NCBI GenBank assembly: GCA_012295275.1 | Contig: CM022667.1 | Coordinates: 12,276,001 to 12,340,000 of the forward strand | Source of the DNA: Chrysomallon squamiferum | Taxonomy: Eukaryota; Animalia; Mollusca | Direction: 5' to 3' | DNA: 64,000 nucleotides | Shown: positions 57,491 through 64,000 of the stretch, piece by piece | How positions within the stretch are numbered: the first letter of the stretch is position 1 | Layout: each line of letters starts with the position of its first letter | The notes under the pieces: model-generated | Database searches by the model: none | The model's input: only the letters and a program-made list of their open reading frames with translations | What the model was told of the DNA's origin: nothing | Translations under genes and position numbers: made by a program

Positions 57491-58698
57491 TCTTTTTATT
57501 TCAAAAGTAATATTTTAAATGAATGCACATATATCAGTTAATCCAATGGAACTTTTATAAAACCACCAAATAAATCAAACCCTTTTCCTAAACATTTTTA
57601 TAATTATTTATTTTAATGTTACGATATTTCCACAACGTCCTATTTTACCCCCTCTTTCCATTTCCTTTCAAAATTTAATTTTCTACGCTTAATCTTCCCC
57701 TCTCAATTGAAATGATGTTTTTTTTTTCTTTTCTTTTTTTCTTCTTCTTCTTCTTTCGCGTTCTGAGATCGAGTGTGAGTGTCAAACTGAGTGAGAAACA
57801 CAACAACATGCATCTGAATTAGACGTAGCAAATTACGTTCTCTCCGAGACAGCGAGAACACGACGGCAAAATTTCCTGATCACGGATTAGCGAGAACTAG
57901 TGCAACAACACGCCAGCATGGCGGCCGTCTTGTATATCCCATTGTTTTCATGCCTTGAATTACAATCAGGGATCAGCACTGCCGGGGAATCGGACAAACA
58001 GAGGAAATGAACAAGCGCTAAATGATGCAAGGATTTGCCTTCCAGACCTCCTCTGCCAAGAAGAGGAAGCGGCCTAGCACAACCGATATCGCGTCAAACA
58101 ATACGCTCAGTGGCAAACGACCAGTGTAAATGACAAGTAATTGTCGACTCCCAGGCCGGGACACTGAATCTCGTTCACTCTGCGTTATCGCAGAAACACA
58201 GTCAATTACTTTTGATGTGCCGATGGTTGACGTTTGGTAATGAACTAGAAAAATCACTGGCTTGAAGAGAACCGACAGCCAGTCGTACCATTGTGAGCGA
58301 GGCAAGCAAAATTAGGAATAATTATTGTACAGCATGTTTACAGACCCGGTCTCATGATGAAAATTGTGTTCGAGATTCCCGCCAACAAGAGCAGATCATT
58401 ACAGCGTTCTGGCTGCACAGGAAAAGCGATGTTTTCCTTCGTCTGTGTTTGGCCGTTTGCAGACGTCACGGATTTCTGACTGTACAAAACTCTGAAGAAA
58501 AGAGCTGATGATAGACGCTGACACGAAAGTCGTTTAATTCTGAAACACCGCTGACCCATATTGAAATGTCTATTTTCGCAAGACGACAGCCCAAAGTAAA
58601 AATTACTCTCCCCGCAAGCATTTCTAGTTCTTATTTTGCAATCATATCTTGTTACTAAAGCTGATGATATCAAAAATAACAAAAATGAATTTTCGAAA

Positions 58699-58790
58699 TG
58701 TTATTAATACGCATTAAGAAACAGATGAGGAATGACGTCATTGGTGTTATTAATACGGCATTAAGAAACAAATGAGGAATGACGTCATTG
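58699..58790. repeat. Tandem duplication, 2 x ~46 bp, each copy holding the palindrome AATGACGTCATT
   Basis: tgttattaatac(g)gcattaagaaaca(g/a)atgaggaatgacgtcattg occurs twice, head to tail. Confidence 0.95.
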
Positions 58791-59033
58791 ATAACTGGGT
58801 CTGGGCCTGAAGCTGTTTTCCAATTATAGTACGTTTAAGATTAAGGGACAATAAAGAAGTTTCACTGATTTGAGATGTTTCTGACAGCAACGTGTTTACA
58901 GTATCGCGACAATGGATGTTATATTTTGGAAATTCCAATAAAAAAAATAAATTCAAATTACAACTTTTACTTTCATTTTCACTTTCAAACCACAAATAAT
59001 GCGCCATTCATTCGTATCATTTGTAAAGAAAAA

Positions 59034-59098
<65 letters not shown>

Positions 59099-59167
59099 AA
59101 GTAATTAAAACAAATGTAAACTAAATAAATAAATAATGAATATAATATATATATATACCAATATGAT

Positions 59168-59173
59168 TTTATT
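59168..59173 (-). terminator. Candidate intronic polyadenylation signal AATAAA
   Basis: Minus strand reads ...GGTGAG TAG TAG agctttgacagatttttaatgtgtAATAAAatc, followed by T-rich sequence. AATAAA is common in this AT-rich DNA. Confidence 0.3.
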
Positions 59174-59208
59174 ACACATTAAAAATCTGTCAAAGCTCTA
59201 CTACTCAC

Positions 59209-59970
59209 CAGAGCTACGTAAACCGTCTATATCCCGAGCCGGGGAGAACAACAAATTTTGTCCAAGTCCTTTTTCTCCTTCTCTTAAACTTTCAAGTCCA
59301 CGAACGTGTGAAGCGGGTCCAATACCCGGCTTAGAAGCCGTGTGAGTCGACAACGAATAAGGGTATGAGAGAGTCGTTTGGGAGAGGGACAAGGGGTAGG
59401 AACTGCCGGCGTACCGCCCTGCCACCCACGACGATGAAGAGGCAGGGAGAAAGAAGTATCCTGAATTCGGAACAGGTCGGGACTGAGACGATATAGACGC
59501 AGGTCTGGAGGATGACGAACTGTTCCCGCTGCTGCTGCTTGAAGACGACTGCAGAACCTCGGATATGGACCAAATCTTCGGTCTGGATGGCAAGGGTTGA
59601 TCGGCACCTGTCGTCGAAATTCGGTCGTTTCCGTTCGCCGAGATTCGGTCGTTTCCGGACGCCGAAATCCTGTCGCTTCCCGTCGCCGAAATGTGGTCAC
59701 TTCCGGTCGCCGAAATACTGTCACTCCCTTTCGCCGATTGTTCACTGTCCTTCGCAGAACTGAGAGAGGACTGCGGGATTTTGTCCGTCGATTCACTGTC
59801 GGAAATGTCCGAGTTTTCTTTCAAATGTTTTTCGCTCTGTGACAGAAGCACTCGCCGCTGCAGCAACATGGCTTCGCTTCCCAGTCTGTGGTCGAAACTG
59901 TGACCCGAGTCCTCGTCCTCTACGTTTATTATTCGGTCCTTTCCGTCCTCCCTGTCGGAAATGTCCTCGT
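59209..59970 (-). CDS. Irx: Internal coding exon of a probable Iroquois-class homeobox gene (post-homeodomain acidic region, Ser-rich region, IRO box)
   Basis: Open frame DEDISDREDGKDRIINVEDEDSGH...PLPSRPKIWSISEVL...GLRSS. RPKIWSISEVL (59552-59584) resembles the IRO box (KPKIWSLA-type). Acceptor is ttttttcattgcag|AC at 59971/59970 and donor is TCTG|gtgagt at 59209/59208, giving 762 nt, phase 1 at both ends. The first ~49 aa of the track ORF (59971-60118) are intronic. The homeodomain is not in the window, so the family call rests on the motif and the acidic region. Confidence 0.8.
59609..59728 (-). repeat. Coding minisatellite, 5 x 24 bp, encoding G(S/N)D(S/H/R)IS(A/T)(T/S/N)
   Basis: GSDSISAT GSDHISAT GSDRISAS GNDRISAN GNDRISTT in the exon translation. 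The 24-nt periodicity is visible in the DNA. Confidence 0.95.
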
Positions 59971-60153
59971 CTGCAATGAAAAAAATGAAAATTTTTGCAT
60001 TAAAAACAAAATAAGATTTGGATTTCGGAAAATACGTTAATATTATTATACACAGTTTAAAAAAAAAAATAATAATAAATAAATAATAGTAATACAATGT
60101 GAGATGTAGTCTTGGCAATAGTTGTAATAGTAGTAATAGATTTAATAGCAGCT

Positions 60154-60185
<32 letters not shown>

Positions 60186-60327
60186 TGATGTCATAGCGGT
60201 AGTGGTAGTAGATGGCAAAGCGATATTAATGGTATATGATATAATAATACAGCTGTAATTGTGGTGATAATTCTGGTATAGTTACATTAGAACAATAAAA
60301 AGAAAAGTACAGAAAAATAAATATAAA

Positions 60328-60386
<59 letters not shown>

Positions 60387-60761
60387 TGATAATAATAAAC
60401 TTAATAAATTATACTCCATAAAAAAATCTCGTAATATTCAAAATTGATATATTTCAGTTTTTATTTCTGTTACAGCTATTATTTATTGCGAACAGCCAGC
60501 GCTGTTTAGGTGAATATTACGTAAGTCTAACGGTAAACAGTGATTTAATGGTTTCTCTATCACGTGATTAATGGCTGGTTTAAGGTGAGGCACATAATTA
60601 TCAGACTGTAACACATGTTAGTTAGATCGATCAGAGATTACTCGTAATTCATTGATAATATAATATATTATTATTATTATTGTATTATTATTATTATTAT
60701 TATTATTATCATTATTATTATTATTTCATTATTATTATCATTATCACTATTATTATTATTA

Positions 60762-60816
<55 letters not shown>

Positions 60817-61943
60817 CAGTAGCAATATTAATATTAGTATTTGCATTATTATAATATTAGTATTAATATTTTTAATAATGTTACTACTGCTACTACAATT
60901 ACTGTTACCATTATTTATTGTTGTTGTTGTTCTTATGAATAATTTTTAATAGTTACTGAATTAAAAAAACATTTCTATATAAAATAATTATAAAAATCAT
61001 ATTACATTTTATAATTTTAGTTACTGAATTTTAGTCATGATTATAAAGAGACAATTATTTTAAATTTGTACTAAATTAAATCTTTGATAACTTTTTTCTA
61101 GAAATGATAATGAATAATTTCATCTTATTTATTTGTAAGTTTTTTATCAAATGTAGAGGTTTTAAATATTTTCTGTATTAAATGTCAAAAAAGCATTTTA
61201 AGAAATTTTATTAATTTTTAGGAATTTTAAGCACGAAAACTGTGAAATGAATAATAACATTTATAATTTAATTCTTTAAAAAAAAAAAATTTAGAAAAAA
61301 TTCTTTTTTTTTTTTCCTTTGATTAAAAATATGGCGTATTCATTTATTTATTTATTTATTTTTTTATTTATTTATTTTTTTTTTTATTTATTTATTTATT
61401 TATTTTTTATTTATTTATTTATTTTACTTTATTTTTTTTATTTTCTTGTTTATATATTATTACTGGTAATTTTTTATTATTTATTTATTTACTAATTTAA
61501 ATTTTAATATAACTCTTTATTTTCAATATCAGGCACCCTAACGAACTGATTGTTTTCTTTTTGTATCAAATTAAAAATATTGTATTTATACGGAAAAGTG
61601 CATTTGAGAAAAATAAAATATCAATAACATGTGAAGGGAACGTTAGCCTGAAATAGTTTTAGAAAATTGATAAAACACCGAAAAAATGAAATGTTTTACG
61701 AATTATTTTCATGTTGAAATTCTATTATTAGTGTTTTCATTTTCCAAGTTTTCCTTCGTTCCGTGGTAAAAAATGGTTAGGTTAATGGAATACAAGTTTA
61801 ATACGGTGTGATTATATGCTTAGTTCTGTAACTTTCTCACAAATATTCTGTTTTTGCAAATTATTTTCATGTTTAAGTGCAATTCAGAATTGTGATTCAG
61901 TTTTGTCGTAGAGCCTCTGATGTTCTATTTCTGTGTGTGTGTG

Positions 61944-61946
<3 letters not shown>

Positions 61947-62032
<86 letters not shown>
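61947..62032. repeat. (GA)n microsatellite
   Basis: Direct reading. Confidence 0.98.
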
Positions 62033-62034
<2 letters not shown>

Positions 62035-63250
62035 AAGAGTAAAAGACAAAGGAGGCTGACAGACAGAGAGAGAGACACAAAGAATGAAAGAGAGAGAACC
62101 TAAAGTGATAGTAGGAAGAAACAGATTATAAAAGAAATGAGGAAGAGAATGATGGGGGAAAAAAAACGAAAATCCTGCAAACGAACGTAAAAAAAACAAA
62201 AAATAAACTGAAAGAAAAAAACAACAAAAAAAGATTGAAAAAGAAACAAAAACAAAAAAGAGATAAAAAATAAATAATAATGCAGAAAAAAAAAAAACAA
62301 AAAAAAAAAAAAAACTACAGATATAAAAACATAGATAAACATATTTGTTTCTTATCTTCGCTTTGCACATCGACAAGTCTGCAAAAATTTGCACATTATT
62401 TGCGTTGAGCGGAGAAAATTGTCACTTCGCTTCGTATTAAGATATCCCTGTGACAAACTCTCTGATACCGCGATACGTCTAGCAGACGTTTCTCAGGCCT
62501 CCCCATCACGTTTTATCCCGGTATCGTAATTAATGCTGACAGTAAACTTTAAGAAAGTTTAACTCTTTCGTTCGCGTCATGTGGCTTACGGTTTAGAACG
62601 ATTAAAAACCTCAATTCGGCTAGCGTTTGTTTCGTCACCTCCAGCTAGGGTTACTCTCGAAAAACACGAGCCGAAGAGTTGATTTCGCTTTAAGTGGGGG
62701 AGAAAACCTCCGATCGCTTATTTAGCATTCCTGACTGACAGTCTTCAGCATGTAGCCGAATACCTCGACATATTTGTGCGTCATGTCGGCTTTTTTTTTT
62801 TTTTTTTTTTTAAATTTTTTTTTTTTTTTTTTAATGTCTTAGATGCGAAGTTACGAAAAGGACCGTTCATGGGGCTATCTTCCTTTTTGCGAAAAATGAC
62901 GTTTTTTTTTTTTTGAGAAAAAAAACGTACGTTTGTAGAAAAATTCCCGAGAAATGACATCGTGTCAAAGGTTGAAGGTTATGTTATTTCATATGTTGAA
63001 AGCTGCACGCTGAGCTCGGTGGCCATATTTAATTTCGTCTGACACATAATCTGTCACTCAAGTACTAACACGTGCTCCGTGAAAGTTGTCTCCGCCTGAT
63101 AACAGCGCCCCCTACTCAACTGTTTTAAAAATAGCGCGAATTAAATTGTTTCTATTTTTGTTATTCTTTATTTTTGTTTTTATTTTTATATTTAATTTTT
63201 TTTTTTTTTTTCCACAATTTTGTTTAGTAATGTTCTTTCTAATTTTGTTA

Positions 63251-63304
<54 letters not shown>

Positions 63305-64000
63305 TTATGATTATTATTATTATTTTAATTGTATATATTTTGTAGTACTATTATTATTTATTTATTTATTATATATTTTATCCTTTGATATGGTTGTGTT
63401 TCTTACTATTACTGTTCGTTTCCTAGCTTTAGCTTCTGTGTACTTATATATTTAGTACTAATTTATTCGTTCATTCATTATTTTCTTTTATATACGTTTA
63501 TATTGTTATATGTAGGTCTGTCGCACTTTTTAAAATTATTAATATTATTATCATCATCTACATCAGCGCAAGATTTATTTATTAAAATTATTATTTCTTT
63601 TATATATATTTGCTATCTATTTATCCATTTATTTGTATCTTAATTTTTATTTGTTCTTTTATTTTAGTTTAGTGTACTTTAAATTTTTCCATTTATTCCT
63701 AATTTATTATGTTATTGTGGCAATTATATTTATTACCACTGTACCTGATGTAGGTGTTGATGTTGGTGCAGTTGTTAGTGCTACTGATATTGTTGTTTTG
63801 TTGTTTTGTTGTTGTTACAAGTACTGTTCCTGTTGCTGTTTTTATTATTATTATTATTATTAACAACGAACTGAAAGAAAAGCAATACACGGGATAAATA
63901 AAGCACTGAAAATCTGTTACAAATATTAGAATGTTTGGTATGTGACTAACACCAGAGTTCAATAATAAATACTGGCAGACGTTGTTCGAGCCAATAAGAC

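Noticed and set aside
59284-59903. Overlapping alternative-frame and antisense ORFs (170, 80, 83, 81 and 70 aa) over the exon
   Set aside because: Shadow ORFs of a GC-rich exon containing a 24-bp repeat.
59971-60118. N-terminal part of the 305-aa ORF (MPRLHLTLYYYY...FIFFIA)
   Set aside because: It is AT-rich intron ending in a polypyrimidine tract and AG acceptor, not coding sequence.
60119-64000. Search for the Irx homeobox exon; possible donor near 62589
   Set aside because: No TALE homeodomain peptide was found by eye, and the frame upstream of that donor hits a stop within ~19 codons. The homeobox probably lies outside the window.

Overview
This is AT-rich, microsatellite-saturated animal DNA. 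A lophotrochozoan or mollusc origin is my inference from sequence style only. It is not prokaryotic, and almost all ORFs in the supplied track are artefacts of simple repeats. The one well-supported gene is the 3' half of a probable Iroquois (Irx, TALE-class homeobox) gene on the minus strand. Its main exon is 762 nt, phase 1/phase 1 (59209-59970), and carries an acidic stretch, a 5 x 8-aa tandem repeat and an IRO-box-like motif (RPKIWSISEVL). The homeobox exons are not visible and presumably lie beyond 64000. Downstream I see three frame-compatible endings: read-through into TAG-TAG followed by AATAAA, a 167-nt stop-containing exon at 51395-51561, and a distal exon at 50565-50767. The remaining ~50 kb has no convincing gene. 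It consists of CpG-retaining unique islands (0.3-1.3 kb, rich in transcription-factor motifs) alternating with simple-repeat blocks, which fits an Irx regulatory landscape. Also present are two degenerate tRNA-like (SINE-head) relics, a ~34-bp degenerate minisatellite and several local duplications. I found no CRISPR array, autonomous transposon, rRNA or convincingly new biological system. Motif-level findings are hypotheses.
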